A stretch of DNA of 64,000 bases from an uncultured Clostridium sp. (GCA_947087745.1 CAMUDX010000005.1:854-64853); one strand, 5' to 3'; shown: positions 39,545-49,858, counted from the stretch's first letter. Notes: a model not told the origin generated them from the sequence alone. Numbers and translations: made by a program.

Positions 39545-40618
39545 CTACTTATCTGTATTTTCTGCAAAGTCCGTATAAATTTTTGTAATTTTTATTTGTG
39601 ATTTACCTTGTTTAATATTATTATCTTGTTTAACAACTAAATCTACATCATATAACTCTTTTAGTTTAGTTATATTTTCGCGTTTATGACCTACAACATT
39701 ATTAATATCTATTGGATTGATTGTTACTTCTACTTCTTTTACCTTTACATTTAATTTTTTTATTCTATTTACAATTGAATCATACCATAAACCTGATTCT
39801 ACTAGCTGTCTAAATGCTGGATGGTATGGACCTGCAACTACTTGACTTTTTTCTTCTTTTGGGTCTGATATTTCATCTGTATTTTGAAGTCCTATTCTTA
39901 TTACTTCTATTTTCTTTTTGTTAAACATTGCATATAATTCTTTACATATATCAACTGCTCGTACTGTTGATAATGGTTCATATTTCTTTTCATTATATTC
40001 TTGTTCTAGTTTTGTATTTTTTATTACTAATACTGGATATATTCTTACCATTTTTGGTTTAAGTTTTATTAATTGTTTTGCTGTATTTATTTCATCTATA
40101 TTTGTACTATCTGGAAGCCCTACCATCATTTGATGTCCTAAATTAAATCCATTCCATCTTATCATTTTTGATGCCTTTTTTACATCTTTAAATGTATGTC
40201 CTCTTCCACTTCTTTTTAATATATAGTCATTTGCTGATTGTACTCCTAATTCTATTGTTTTTACTTTATACTTTTTAAGCCTTTTTAATATTTGTTTATC
40301 TATATAATCTGGTCTAGTAGATATTCTTATACTTTCTGCTTTTCCTGCTTCTATATATTCATATGCTGTTTGTAAAAGTTCTTCTTGTTTTTCTACTTCT
40401 ATTCCTGTAAAGCTTCCTCCAAAAAATGCTATTTCTACTTTTGCTTCTTTGTCTTTTATTTTTTCTAAGTAAAAGTCTATTGTCTTTTTTATTTCCTCTT
40501 TTGTTATCATCTTAGTTTGTCCACTTATAGATTTTTGATTGCAAAATATACAATCATTTGGGCATCCTAAATGTGGTACAAATATTGGTATTATATATTG
40601 TTTTTTCAAACTTTTCAC
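39545..40618 (-). CDS. Radical SAM protein (ELP3-like, no acetyltransferase domain)
   Basis: CPNDCIFCNQ cluster motif (CxxxCxxC). The start overlaps the rnc stop. Confidence 0.8.
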   Translation of the reverse strand: MKSLKKQYIIPIFVPHLGCPNDCIFCNQKSISGQTKMITKEEIKKTIDFYLEKIKDKEAKVEIAFFGGSFTGIEVEKQEELLQTAYEYIEAGKAESIRISTRPDYIDKQILKRLKKYKVKTIELGVQSANDYILKRSGRGHTFKDVKKASKMIRWNGFNLGHQMMVGLPDSTNIDEINTAKQLIKLKPKMVRIYPVLVIKNTKLEQEYNEKKYEPLSTVRAVDICKELYAMFNKKKIEVIRIGLQNTDEISDPKEEKSQVVAGPYHPAFRQLVESGLWYDSIVNRIKKLNVKVKEVEVTINPIDINNVVGHKRENITKLKELYDVDLVVKQDNNIKQGKSQIKITKIYTDFAENTDK

Positions 40619-41286
40619 CTCTTCATATTTTCTAGTGCCTGTTTTGCTGCTTGCATTTCTGCTTGTTTTTTTGTTCTTCCTTTTCCTCGTGCTAATGGAT
40701 TTGAGTTACATCTTACCTCTGCTTCAAATTCTTTATTGTGGTCTGGTCCTTTTTCTTTTACTATTATATAATCTATAACTACATCACCTTTTATTTGTAA
40801 CTTTTCTTGTAGTACTGTTTTATAGTCCTTTTGTCCTACATTTTCTGAGGCTATTTTTATTTCCTCTTTTAAATTTTCTATTATGAATTTTTTTGTTTTA
40901 TCTATTCCTCCATCTAAATATATTGCTGCTATTACTGCTTCTACGCTATCTGCCAATATTGCTGGTCTATTTCTTCCTCCACTCATTATTTCTGACTTTC
41001 CTAAATATAACTTTTCTCCAAAATTATATCTCTGTGCTATTTTATACAAACTACTTTCACATACTACTGTAGCTCTTACTTTAGTCATTTCTCCTTCTTT
41101 TAATTTTGGATAGTTGTTATATAAATACTCACTTGATATAAATTCTAATATACTGTCTCCTAAATATTCAAGTTTTTCGTTGCTTTGTACATTTTTTTCG
41201 TATGCATATGATGTATGCGTTAATGCTGTTTTCAATAATTTGGGATTTTTGAATTTATATCCGATTTCTTCTTCTAATTCTTCCAT
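40615..41286 (-). CDS. rnc: Ribonuclease III
   Basis: NEKLEYLGDSILEF signature plus a C-terminal dsRBD (GPDHNKEF...GRTKKQAEMQAAKQAL). Confidence 0.95.
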   Translation of the reverse strand: MEELEEEIGYKFKNPKLLKTALTHTSYAYEKNVQSNEKLEYLGDSILEFISSEYLYNNYPKLKEGEMTKVRATVVCESSLYKIAQRYNFGEKLYLGKSEIMSGGRNRPAILADSVEAVIAAIYLDGGIDKTKKFIIENLKEEIKIASENVGQKDYKTVLQEKLQIKGDVVIDYIIVKEKGPDHNKEFEAEVRCNSNPLARGKGRTKKQAEMQAAKQALENMKR

Positions 41287-41308
41287 TTGTCATCTTCTTT
41301 CTCTTTGT

Positions 41309-41941
41309 CTACCCTAATTCATTTTTTATTTTGGTAGCTTTTTTACGAATTCTTTGTATTGCTGTATCTACTGACTTAACTTTACTGTTTAATTTTGTCG
41401 CTATGTCAATATAGGATTGTCCTTTTTTATATTGTTCTAGTACTTGTCTTTCAAAATCACTTAAGTTTTCATTTATTTTTGTTTCGATATATTTATAATA
41501 TTCTTTATTTGCTATTATATCTGATGGGTCTTCTACAGATTTTGTTTCTAATACCTCCATAACAGATACACTGTTATCATCTTCTTCATATGCTGATGCA
41601 TTTAATGATACTGATGAATTTAATGGTATATGTTTTTGTCGATTTGAATTCTTTACTGCTGTTATTAATTGTCTTTCTATACACATATTTGCAAATGTTT
41701 TGAATGAATTTTGTTTTTCTAAATTGTAAGATTTAACTGCTTTATATAAACCTATCATTCCTTCTTGTATCATGTCTTCTTTTTCTGCTCCTATCATAAA
41801 GAATTTGTTGGCTTTCATATATACTACTTCATTATATCTCTTTATTAGACAATTTAAAGCATTTTGGTCATTTGCTTCTATATCTTCTATTAATTTTTCA
41901 TCTGACATTTGTTGGTAATTAGAAAACATTTCTTCATTCAT
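41309..41941 (-). CDS. sigH: Sporulation sigma factor SigH
   Basis: DMIQEGMIGLYKAVKSYN...SFKTFANMCIERQLITAVKNSNRQKHIPLNS is SigH-typical. Confidence 0.9.
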   Translation of the reverse strand: MNEEMFSNYQQMSDEKLIEDIEANDQNALNCLIKRYNEVVYMKANKFFMIGAEKEDMIQEGMIGLYKAVKSYNLEKQNSFKTFANMCIERQLITAVKNSNRQKHIPLNSSVSLNASAYEEDDNSVSVMEVLETKSVEDPSDIIANKEYYKYIETKINENLSDFERQVLEQYKKGQSYIDIATKLNSKVKSVDTAIQRIRKKATKIKNELG

Positions 41942-42117
41942 TATTTTGTTGTCCTCCTGTTTTTTCAGTTACCCGTATTATATTCGTAAAATGCCTATGT
42001 GTCAAGTGGTCTATACAGTTTTTTGTATATTTTTCTTTTTTCTTTTAACTTTTTTCCTTTTTCGACATATTATATATTAGCAATGTTCATTGCACAATTT
42101 AGAAAGGATAGATTTAT

Positions 42118-42582
42118 ATGGATTTAGATTTTGAAAAACAAAAACCATGCCCAGTTGTTGAGGTTGATGGTGTTATCGAAAAAGGTAAACAATTTGATTT
42201 AGATATCAGTTTACCAGAAGATCATCGTGATGTTATATATGGTGTTATAAGAAACTGTTTCAAAGAACCAGTTAGTGATGCTGTAGTTAAGTTAATAGAA
42301 GTTGATTGTAGATTCGGTAAAGAAGAAAGAAGACCTGTTTCTCATACTTTCACAGATAAAAATGGTGAATTCGTTTTCGGACCTTTATGCCCTGGAAAAG
42401 AATATGCTATTCAAATTTGGGTTGATGATGTTAAACATGTTAAAGTTTGTGCTAAATGCTTCCATGAAGGAAAATGCTTAAAAGGTGAAAAATTAGATAA
42501 ATGTGATTTTGATATGAAACCTTGTAAAGATGACAAAAAAACTTGTTGTTGTGAAGAAAAAGAACACGAAGAAGAATGCTAA
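42118..42582 (+). CDS. Prealbumin-fold (CarboxypepD_reg-like) protein with a Cys-rich acidic tail, possibly a spore-coat protein
   Basis: VVKLIEVD...FTDKNGEFVFGPLCPGKEYAIQIW; C-terminal CAKCFHEGKC...KTCCCEEKEHEEEC. The coat role is inference only. Confidence 0.65.
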   Translation: MDLDFEKQKPCPVVEVDGVIEKGKQFDLDISLPEDHRDVIYGVIRNCFKEPVSDAVVKLIEVDCRFGKEERRPVSHTFTDKNGEFVFGPLCPGKEYAIQIWVDDVKHVKVCAKCFHEGKCLKGEKLDKCDFDMKPCKDDKKTCCCEEKEHEEEC

Positions 42583-42618
42583 TCAAAAAATATATTTTAG
42601 AAGTTATTTATAGTAACT

Positions 42619-42648
42619 AAAGGAGATGTTTTTAATATCTCCTTTTTT
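42619..42648 (+). terminator. Rho-independent terminator
   Basis: Stem AAAGGAGAT/ATCTCCTTT followed by a T-run. Confidence 0.8.
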
Positions 42649-42761
42649 AAATTGTTAATCTCAGTTTTTATTGTATTTCTATAATTTTCCTGAATCTATA
42701 CTGTATACTTGACTTTAATATTGAATATTAATAAAATATATTTAATTTTAAGGAGGTAAAT

Positions 42762-44159
42762 ATGTTTGAAAAAAGTATAAATACAATGAAAAGAGATATT
42801 ATAGATTCCATATCAGATTTAGTGAATTTCCCTAGTATTTCTATTGAAACTAATGATGAAAAAATGCCATTTGGTAAAGACTGTAATGATGCTCTAATTT
42901 ATTTTTTAGATTTAGCAAGTAAACTAGGTTTTAAAACAAAAAATATTGATGGATATTGTGGATATGCTGAATTTGGAGATGGCTCTGAGCTAATTGGAAT
43001 AGTTGGACATTTAGATGTTGTACCCGCTAAATCAGATGATTGGTCATATTCGCCATTTTCCGCAACTATTGATAATAACTGTATTTATGGTAGAGGTACG
43101 ATTGATGATAAAGGACCAGTTATTAGTTCTTTGTATGCAATGAAAGCAGTTATGGATTATTATAAAAATAATAATTTAAAACCTAATAAAAGAGTTCGTC
43201 TGATAGTTGGTTTGAATGAAGAAACTCATTGGAAATGTATTGATTATTATAAGTCTCATGAGGAAATTCCTTCTTTAGGTTTTAGCCCTGATAGTGATTT
43301 TCCATGTATTTATGCAGAAAAATCCGTTTTGTCACTATGTATATCTGATAAAATACTTTCTAATAATTTAATATCAATAATTGATATTGATTGTAATAAT
43401 AATGCGATTAATGTTGTTCCAAAGTTTTGTAGTATAACTTTAAAATTAGATAATTCTATTGATTTATCACTTATTCAATCAGTAATAGATAAATTGGATT
43501 ATAATATTGAAATAAATGAACTTGAGGATTATAAAATAAAATTGTCTTCTTATGGTGTTGCTTCTCATAGTGCTCACCCTGATTTAGGGGTAAATGCTAT
43601 TTCTCATTTAATTATAGTATTAAACGAAATATTTAAAATATATAAAATTAATTTTCCTTTATTTGATAATTTTTGTAAGTATATTGGTGATGAATATGAT
43701 GGCACTAAAATTGGATTAAATATAGATGATGAGTCTGGAAAACTTACTCTTAACACTTCTCAATTATATATTAAAAATAATAATATTTTCATTGGAGTTA
43801 ATTTAAGGATTCCTGTAAATACTGAAGTTGATATTGTTATAGATAAATTCTGGCAATGTTTTTCTAATAATAATATTACTGTTTTAAGTAAAATGGATTC
43901 TTTATTTGTAGATAAAAATAATAAACTTGTAAAAACATTGTGTGATGTTTTTAATTCAAGTTATAATTCTGATTTTAGTCCTATTGCTATTGGTGGTGCA
44001 ACTTATGCTAGAGCTTTTCCTAACTGTATTTCTTTTGGTATGAATTTCCCTGGAGATAAAGATATGTGCCATCAAGTTGATGAATTTATTGATATTGATA
44101 AGCTTATTCTTGCTACAAATATTTACGCTAAGGCTATTTATGAATTGTTGAACTTTTAA
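42762..44159 (+). CDS. pepV: M20-family dipeptidase (PepV/Sapep type)
   Basis: GHLDVVPA...WSYSPF...GRGTIDDKGP motifs; 465 aa. Confidence 0.9.
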   Translation: MFEKSINTMKRDIIDSISDLVNFPSISIETNDEKMPFGKDCNDALIYFLDLASKLGFKTKNIDGYCGYAEFGDGSELIGIVGHLDVVPAKSDDWSYSPFSATIDNNCIYGRGTIDDKGPVISSLYAMKAVMDYYKNNNLKPNKRVRLIVGLNEETHWKCIDYYKSHEEIPSLGFSPDSDFPCIYAEKSVLSLCISDKILSNNLISIIDIDCNNNAINVVPKFCSITLKLDNSIDLSLIQSVIDKLDYNIEINELEDYKIKLSSYGVASHSAHPDLGVNAISHLIIVLNEIFKIYKINFPLFDNFCKYIGDEYDGTKIGLNIDDESGKLTLNTSQLYIKNNNIFIGVNLRIPVNTEVDIVIDKFWQCFSNNNITVLSKMDSLFVDKNNKLVKTLCDVFNSSYNSDFSPIAIGGATYARAFPNCISFGMNFPGDKDMCHQVDEFIDIDKLILATNIYAKAIYELLNF

Positions 44160-44246
44160 TATTAATTATTTCAAAAGATTTTGATTTTTAATATTAATAT
44201 TGGGATAAGACTAATTAGTATATATAATTTTTTATAAACACCTTTT

Positions 44247-44280
44247 TTCCCAGTCAGCGAGAATTCCCGCTGACTGGGAA
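44247..44280. repeat. GC-rich perfect 13-bp hairpin
   Basis: TTCCCAGTCAGCG - 8 nt - CGCTGACTGGGAA. No downstream T-run on either strand. Confidence 0.9.
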
Positions 44281-44333
44281 ATTAGTTAAAATAAAAAATA
44301 TATACTACACTTACTTCTAATATTATCTTATTT

Positions 44334-44480
44334 TTAGATTAGTCCTATCTTTCTTGCAAATTGTTTTCCTTTTTTAGTCATCTTTTTTGTATTCATATTC
44401 ATCATATCATTTTCAGCACATATCATTACTATTCCTGCTGTTATTAGAGTTCCCCATAATATTCCCTTTGCAAATTTCAT
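44334..44480 (-). CDS. Possible 48-aa small membrane protein (below the ORF-track cutoff)
   Basis: GAGGTGA RBS then ATG; MKFAKGILWGTLITAGIVMICAEND... It starts 6 nt after the upstream TSUP stop. Confidence 0.3.
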   Translation of the reverse strand: MKFAKGILWGTLITAGIVMICAENDMMNMNTKKMTKKGKQFARKIGLI

Positions 44481-44485
44481 ATAAA

Positions 44486-44881
44486 TCACCTCTTTCTTTT
44501 TTTAGTATTTCTTCCACTTTTAAATATATACTTCCTAAAATAGGAATATATTTCAAAAATTGCTATAATCGCTAAAAAGAGTCCAAAATATCTCCTTAAA
44601 TCAATTACATTTGTTTTGCTTGATATTATTGCACCTATTATTGCACCACCAATCCCACAAATTGATATTATTATAGATACTTTTATATCAATTAGCTTAT
44701 TTTTCCAATTTATTATTATTGCTGATATTGATGTCGGTATAAAAAATATTAAATTACTAGCTTGTGCTACATGTTGTTCTATTCCTAATATAATTGTTAA
44801 TAGTAATATTAAAACAGTGCCTCCACCCATACCAGTTCCGCTTACTATGCCAGATATTAAACCTATTAGTACTTCCTTCAT
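44486..44881 (-). CDS. Half-size TSUP (TauE/SafE, DUF81) transporter subunit
   Basis: GLISGIVSGTGMGGGTVLILLL motif, four TM segments. Confidence 0.75.
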   Translation of the reverse strand: MKEVLIGLISGIVSGTGMGGGTVLILLLTIILGIEQHVAQASNLIFFIPTSISAIIINWKNKLIDIKVSIIISICGIGGAIIGAIISSKTNVIDLRRYFGLFLAIIAIFEIYSYFRKYIFKSGRNTKKRKR

Positions 44882-44907
44882 TATTACTCTTCCTTTTTAA
44901 ATCATTT

Positions 44908-45253
44908 TTAGAATATAAATTTTATAGATGTATATATTAAAAAACATATAAATGCTATTTTAAAATATTTTTCATCTAATTTTTTTAGTAATCTTGCTCC
45001 TATATATCCTCCTAATATTCCACCTATTGCACATAGGATTCCTATTTTCCAATCGATGTATTTATTTTTATAATAAAATATTCCGCTTACTAATACCATA
45101 GGTAATATACACACAGCAGATGTTGCTCTTGCTTTTTTATCTTCCATTTTTAATAAATGTATAAATGCTGGTACTAATATCATTCCGCCCTCCTGTTGCA
45201 AAAAATCCACTTACAAATCCAGCTAATATTCCTATAATTATTTTCTTCAACAT
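44908..45253 (-). pseudogene. Half-size TSUP transporter subunit with a +1 frameshift at 45187
   Basis: ATG at 45253 gives MLKKIIIGILAGFVSGFFATGG. Skipping the minus-strand C (plus-strand G45187) continues GMILVPAFIHLL..., restoring the GxGGGxxxVP motif. Confidence 0.65.
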
Positions 45254-45342
45254 AATATTGTATTATTTCCAATATTTTGTTTATTATTTATCTCACAAAT
45301 ACATTTAAAATTTTTTGTACAAAAAAATTTTAGCTTAAAAAG

Positions 45343-46596
45343 CTAAAATTCTATATTTTCATCTTTTATATAATATTTTGTTCCTAACATTTTATCTGGA
45401 AAATATTGCTGTTCTACAATATGCCCTGGAAAATTATGTGGATATAAATATCCCTTGCTATATCCTAACAGTTCCATTCCTTCTACTGGTGCATTTCTTA
45501 TATGCATTGGAATTTCTCCTGTGTCTTTATTATTGACATCTTCTATTGCTTTATTTATTCCTAAATATGTTGCATTTGATTTTTTTGATGTTGCTACATA
45601 TACTGCTGCTTCTGCTAATATTATTCTTGCTTCAGGCATTCCTATCATATGAACTGCCTGCATTGCAGATGTTGCAACTAATAATGCATTTGGATTCGCC
45701 ATTCCTACATCTTCTGATGCTGCAATTACTATCCTTCTTGCTAAAAAGACTGGGTCTTCACCTCCATTTATTGCTCTTGCTAAATAAAATAATGTTGCAT
45801 CAGGGTCAGAGCCTCTCATAGATTTTATGAATGCACTTATGTTGTCGTAATGTGTGTCTCCATTTTTGTCAAATACTGCTTTTCTTTGCTGTACACTATT
45901 TTGTAATACTTCATCTGTTATATTTATATTTCCATCTTTGTCCATTTGCGTTGTTAATACCGCTACTTCTAGACCATTTAGTGCTGTTCTTACATCTCCA
46001 TTTGCAATGTTTGCAAGTTTTCTTAATGTGCTATCTTCTATATTTATATTATATTCTCCTAATCCATCTTTTCTTGTTATTGCATTTTTTAATATCTTGA
46101 ATACATTTTCTTCTGTTAATGGATTAAGTTTTATTACCATTGACCTTGATATTAAAGCTTTATTTACCTCAAAATATGGATTTTCTGTTGTTGCTCCTAT
46201 TAATATTATTGTCCCATTTTCTACATATGGTAATAATGCATCTTGTTGTAGTTTGTTAAATCTGTGTATTTCATCTATAAATAATATACTTTTTCCTACT
46301 GGATTTAACATGTAATTTCGTGTTTCTTCTACTACTTTCTTAATATCTCCTACTCCTGACGTTACTGCATTAATTTTATAAAACTTGTATTTTGTAGTTT
46401 CACTTATTACTTTTGCTAATGATGTTTTTCCACATCCTGGAGGTCCAAATAATATTAGACTTGATAACCTGTCTGCTTTTATAGTTCTATATAATAATTT
46501 TCCCTCGCCTAATACATGTTCTTGTCCAACATATTCTTCTAGTGTTTTTGGTCTTACCCTAAATGCTAATGGCTCTTTATTATTCATAACCTTCAT
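45343..46596 (-). CDS. rarA: Replication-associated recombination protein A (RarA/MgsA)
   Basis: PLAFRVRPKTLEEYVGQEHVLGEGK...LFGPPGCGKTSLA and the MgsA_C region FIKSMRGSDPDATLFYLARAINGGEDPVFLARR. Confidence 0.92.
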   Translation of the reverse strand: MKVMNNKEPLAFRVRPKTLEEYVGQEHVLGEGKLLYRTIKADRLSSLILFGPPGCGKTSLAKVISETTKYKFYKINAVTSGVGDIKKVVEETRNYMLNPVGKSILFIDEIHRFNKLQQDALLPYVENGTIILIGATTENPYFEVNKALISRSMVIKLNPLTEENVFKILKNAITRKDGLGEYNINIEDSTLRKLANIANGDVRTALNGLEVAVLTTQMDKDGNINITDEVLQNSVQQRKAVFDKNGDTHYDNISAFIKSMRGSDPDATLFYLARAINGGEDPVFLARRIVIAASEDVGMANPNALLVATSAMQAVHMIGMPEARIILAEAAVYVATSKKSNATYLGINKAIEDVNNKDTGEIPMHIRNAPVEGMELLGYSKGYLYPHNFPGHIVEQQYFPDKMLGTKYYIKDENIEF

Positions 46597-46613
46597 TCCT
46601 TTGACTTTATTTT

Positions 46614-47228
46614 CTATTGTCCTAATATTAATAGACCTTTTCTTATTAAATCTTCTGTTGTTATATTTTCTTTTTCTATTTTTTCAAATGCTTTTTCTAT
46701 TTCTTTCTTATTGTATCCTAATACTTGTAGTGCTGATATTGCTTCTTGTATATTGTTATTTTGTTCTATTGCTTTTTCAATTTTTGTATTTGCTGATGTT
46801 CCTGAAACCTTATCTTCTTGTTGTATTTTCTTTAATTTGTCTTTTAATTCTAGTATTATTCTTTCTGCTGATTTTTTTCCTATTCCTGGTACTTGTACTA
46901 TTTTTGTTACATCTGCATTTATTACTGCTATTGCAAAGTCTGTGACACTTATATTTGCTAATATTGCTAATGCTACCTTCGCACCTACTCCACTTACTGT
47001 TAATAATAATTCAAACATTTTTAGCTCTTCTTGTGTTATAAATCCAAATATGCTTATATCATCTTCTCTTACTCTATAATATGTATGTACTTTTACTTGT
47101 TCTCCAATCTCTCCTATATTTTGTATAGATATTCCTGACATAAATACTTTATACCCTAATCCCCCTACATCTATTATTATATATTCATCTACTTTTGCTT
47201 CTATTTTTCCTTTTATATATGCTAACAT
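46614..47228 (-). CDS. ruvA: Holliday junction helicase subunit RuvA
   Basis: MLAYIKGKI...GLGYKVF...LLTVSGVGAKVALAIL...VPGIGKKSAERIILELK. Confidence 0.92.
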   Translation of the reverse strand: MLAYIKGKIEAKVDEYIIIDVGGLGYKVFMSGISIQNIGEIGEQVKVHTYYRVREDDISIFGFITQEELKMFELLLTVSGVGAKVALAILANISVTDFAIAVINADVTKIVQVPGIGKKSAERIILELKDKLKKIQQEDKVSGTSANTKIEKAIEQNNNIQEAISALQVLGYNKKEIEKAFEKIEKENITTEDLIRKGLLILGQ

Positions 47229-47405
47229 TTTCCTTTTACATAGTTCTTAATCAGTATGGATTGTTTCTCTAATTTTACTATGTTCTCCTTTCTTGTGATT
47301 TATGTATTGAATATACTTCAAAAAAAAATGTTTGTCAAGATTTTTTCAAACATTTTTTCGTGCTTTTTTAGATTCTGCATTTTTTATGTAATAAATTAGA
47401 GACGC

Positions 47406-47711
47406 CTACAGGCATCTCCCTTTTCTTTTGTGATAGCGTTCAGTAATGTAGCTCTGTCCATATCCGATGAGCCATCCTGATGCTGCCATTACACCCAAAG
47501 ACAAAACAAACAAAATGCAATACACACCAAACTTCCATACAGCAAATTCTCCGTTATAATCGTTGAAGATTTTAACGTCTGTCATGCATAGCAATACAAA
47601 ACCTGTAAAGGAAACCAATAATAACACGATTCCTATTACAATGTAAAGTAACGCTATCCCCATCAGAATCCGCCTTCTCACAACTTTACTTGTTTTCTTT
47701 TTGCTCTTCAT
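47406..47711 (-). CDS. Hypothetical two-TM membrane protein in a GC-rich island
   Basis: CAGGAGGGA RBS; a hairpin overlaps the stop; composition clearly GC-richer than the flanks. Confidence 0.55.
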   Translation of the reverse strand: MKSKKKTSKVVRRRILMGIALLYIVIGIVLLLVSFTGFVLLCMTDVKIFNDYNGEFAVWKFGVYCILFVLSLGVMAASGWLIGYGQSYITERYHKRKGRCL

Positions 47712-47792
47712 AATCTGTCCCTCCTGTGATTTATGTGATTCTTGACCACTATTAAATTTATTATAACATTTTGATAATATAAAATCAAATCT

Positions 47793-48995
47793 TTAATATT
47801 CTATTATTTCATTATACATATTAATTGCAAAATTATCAGTCATTCCTGATATATAATAAATTATAGCTTGATAGAAGTCTTTTGGATTATTTAAGTCAAA
47901 TAATATACTATTTTTTAAACCTTCCCTATTTTCTTTTTTTATATATTCACTTAACCATTCTCTAAAGTTTGGTAAATAAACCTTATAGTATTTTTCTAAT
48001 TTTCTGATATTTTCTAATGTTTTTTCCCCATCATAAGTAGATTTTAATATGTTATATATCTCATTTATAACTATTTCAAAAAATCTTTGTGATGGTTTTA
48101 ATAATTCAGAATTATATATTTTTTTGTAATTAAATTTCTTTATAGTATTTAGTAGTTCTAGTGCTTCATTTGAAAAACACAATCCTTTTTCAGGCGATGA
48201 ATTTTTACACAAATCATATACTAATGTATTTATAATTATTGTATTATTTAAATCATGCTCTTCTTTATAATTTAGAATGCTATATAATTCTTTTAGCTCT
48301 TCTTTTTTAATTATTCCTAGTTCAATTCCATCTTCTATATCACGACCTATATATGATATTTTATCTGCTATTTTTACTATACATCCTTCCCATGTATATG
48401 GAGCATATTGATTTGGCATTGTATAATTATCTAAATCTATATACTCATCTCTAGGCTTAATCATATTTTCATCAACTTCTCCACAATGTGCTATTATTCC
48501 ATCTCTTACTGCATAAGTTAAATTTAAATTTTGTTTTTTATTCTCATTGTCTTTTAATAGTTCTATATTCTCTACCATTTCTAGCCCATTTCGTTCATGC
48601 CAAAATCTTTTTCCTATATCTTTCATAGATATTTCTGATAATATTGTTTCACCTCTGTGTCCAAATGGTCCATGTCCTAAATCATGTGCATTTGCTATAA
48701 CCTTTGTTAATTCTGCATTTAATCCCATATATTTTGCCATTGTATAGCTTATTGATTCTACATATTTTACATGTTCAAACCTTGTTGATATATGGTCTAT
48801 TGTTGGTGAATAAAATACTTGTGTCTTATGTTTTAGCCTTCTATATGCTGCCGAAAATATTACTCTATTATAGTCCCTTTCAAATTCTGAGCGTACATCA
48901 TACTTTTTTTGATATAATGGTGCTTTTCTTGATATCATTTTTTCCCATTTAGGATTATTTTCGTTTGCTGATTCTTTTAAAAATAGATTATTCAT
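47793..48995 (-). CDS. dGTPase-family HD-domain triphosphohydrolase
   Basis: FERDYNRVIFSAAYRRLKHKTQVF...RFEHVKYV...AHDLGHGPFGH. Confidence 0.85.
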   Translation of the reverse strand: MNNLFLKESANENNPKWEKMISRKAPLYQKKYDVRSEFERDYNRVIFSAAYRRLKHKTQVFYSPTIDHISTRFEHVKYVESISYTMAKYMGLNAELTKVIANAHDLGHGPFGHRGETILSEISMKDIGKRFWHERNGLEMVENIELLKDNENKKQNLNLTYAVRDGIIAHCGEVDENMIKPRDEYIDLDNYTMPNQYAPYTWEGCIVKIADKISYIGRDIEDGIELGIIKKEELKELYSILNYKEEHDLNNTIIINTLVYDLCKNSSPEKGLCFSNEALELLNTIKKFNYKKIYNSELLKPSQRFFEIVINEIYNILKSTYDGEKTLENIRKLEKYYKVYLPNFREWLSEYIKKENREGLKNSILFDLNNPKDFYQAIIYYISGMTDNFAINMYNEIIEY

Positions 48996-49021
48996 TTCTA
49001 CCTCTCTTTTCTTATTTTATT

Positions 49022-49159
49022 TCATTTAATAATTTCAAATATTTCTATGTATTTCGGTTTGTCAAAAGCTAAGAGTCTATATATAATACACAACAAGGCG
49101 ACATTTATGGTTATTGATAACATCAATCCTATAATTAGTAATAGTAAAAATTCTACCAT
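49022..49159 (-). CDS. Possible 45-aa hydrophobic peptide (below the ORF-track cutoff)
   Basis: AGGTGA lies 7 nt upstream of the ATG. MVEFLLLLIIGLMLSITINVALLCIIYRLLAFDKPKYIEIFEIIK. It ends 26 nt upstream of the dGTPase-like gene. Confidence 0.3.
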   Translation of the reverse strand: MVEFLLLLIIGLMLSITINVALLCIIYRLLAFDKPKYIEIFEIIK

Positions 49160-49447
49160 AAGCAATCACCTGCTTACTCATCTCTACTTTTACTACTATA
49201 CTATAATCATTTTCCAAAAACAAGCGAACAGATTGAATTTTTACAGATTGTCAAAATACTTTATATCTCATAAAATCTCTGAATTCTAAAAAACAATTTA
49301 ATTTATGTTAATCATTGATTATTTAGAATAAATGTGATAAAATAGTAAATATCTATTGTACTTTATACAGCAAAGTCCAAAAGAAATTAATCATTTTTTT
49401 CTGGAGGGGCTGTATAAAACCTCCAGATAACTTAAGGAGGTAAAATT

Positions 49448-49858
49448 ATGTTAGTCTTAGTTTGTGTTTTATGTGCAATTGGATTAGTGTTTGCAATCCA
49501 GTATCGGAAGAAGTCTAAGCGTAAAATTTTGTTGTGTAAGGCAGTTATCCTTGTGTGCGGACTTGTATTATTTATTTCAGCTATGTTTTTGCCTACAATG
49601 ATTTTGCTTGTGAAAAGTAATGATACTGGTGCTCTTCAGCAGCAGATTGATACTTTAACAAAAGTAAATAAACAATTGGAAAGTTGGGTTGAAATAGTTG
49701 AGAATCAATTATCAGATAATCCTCAACTACTCGACAATGTAAAAGAATACTTTAACAAAGAAATTTCTTCTAATAGAGAAGAAATTGAAAGATGTATTTT
49801 TTACCAAGAAGTAACAGTCCCACAATCTCGGTGGTTACTTTACTTCAAATACTATTAA
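49448..49858 (+). CDS. Hypothetical membrane/coiled-coil protein
   Basis: AAGGAGG RBS, two TM segments, and a strong terminator downstream. Confidence 0.55.
   Translation: MLVLVCVLCAIGLVFAIQYRKKSKRKILLCKAVILVCGLVLFISAMFLPTMILLVKSNDTGALQQQIDTLTKVNKQLESWVEIVENQLSDNPQLLDNVKEYFNKEISSNREEIERCIFYQEVTVPQSRWLLYFKYY

Noticed and set aside
49360-49435. A possible riboswitch or attenuator: TTTATACAGC...GCTGTATAAA and CTGGAGG...CCTCCAG hairpins upstream of ORF 49448.
   Set aside because: I could not match it to any riboswitch class from memory, and the downstream gene is uncharacterised. I left it unannotated; a covariance-model scan would be needed.
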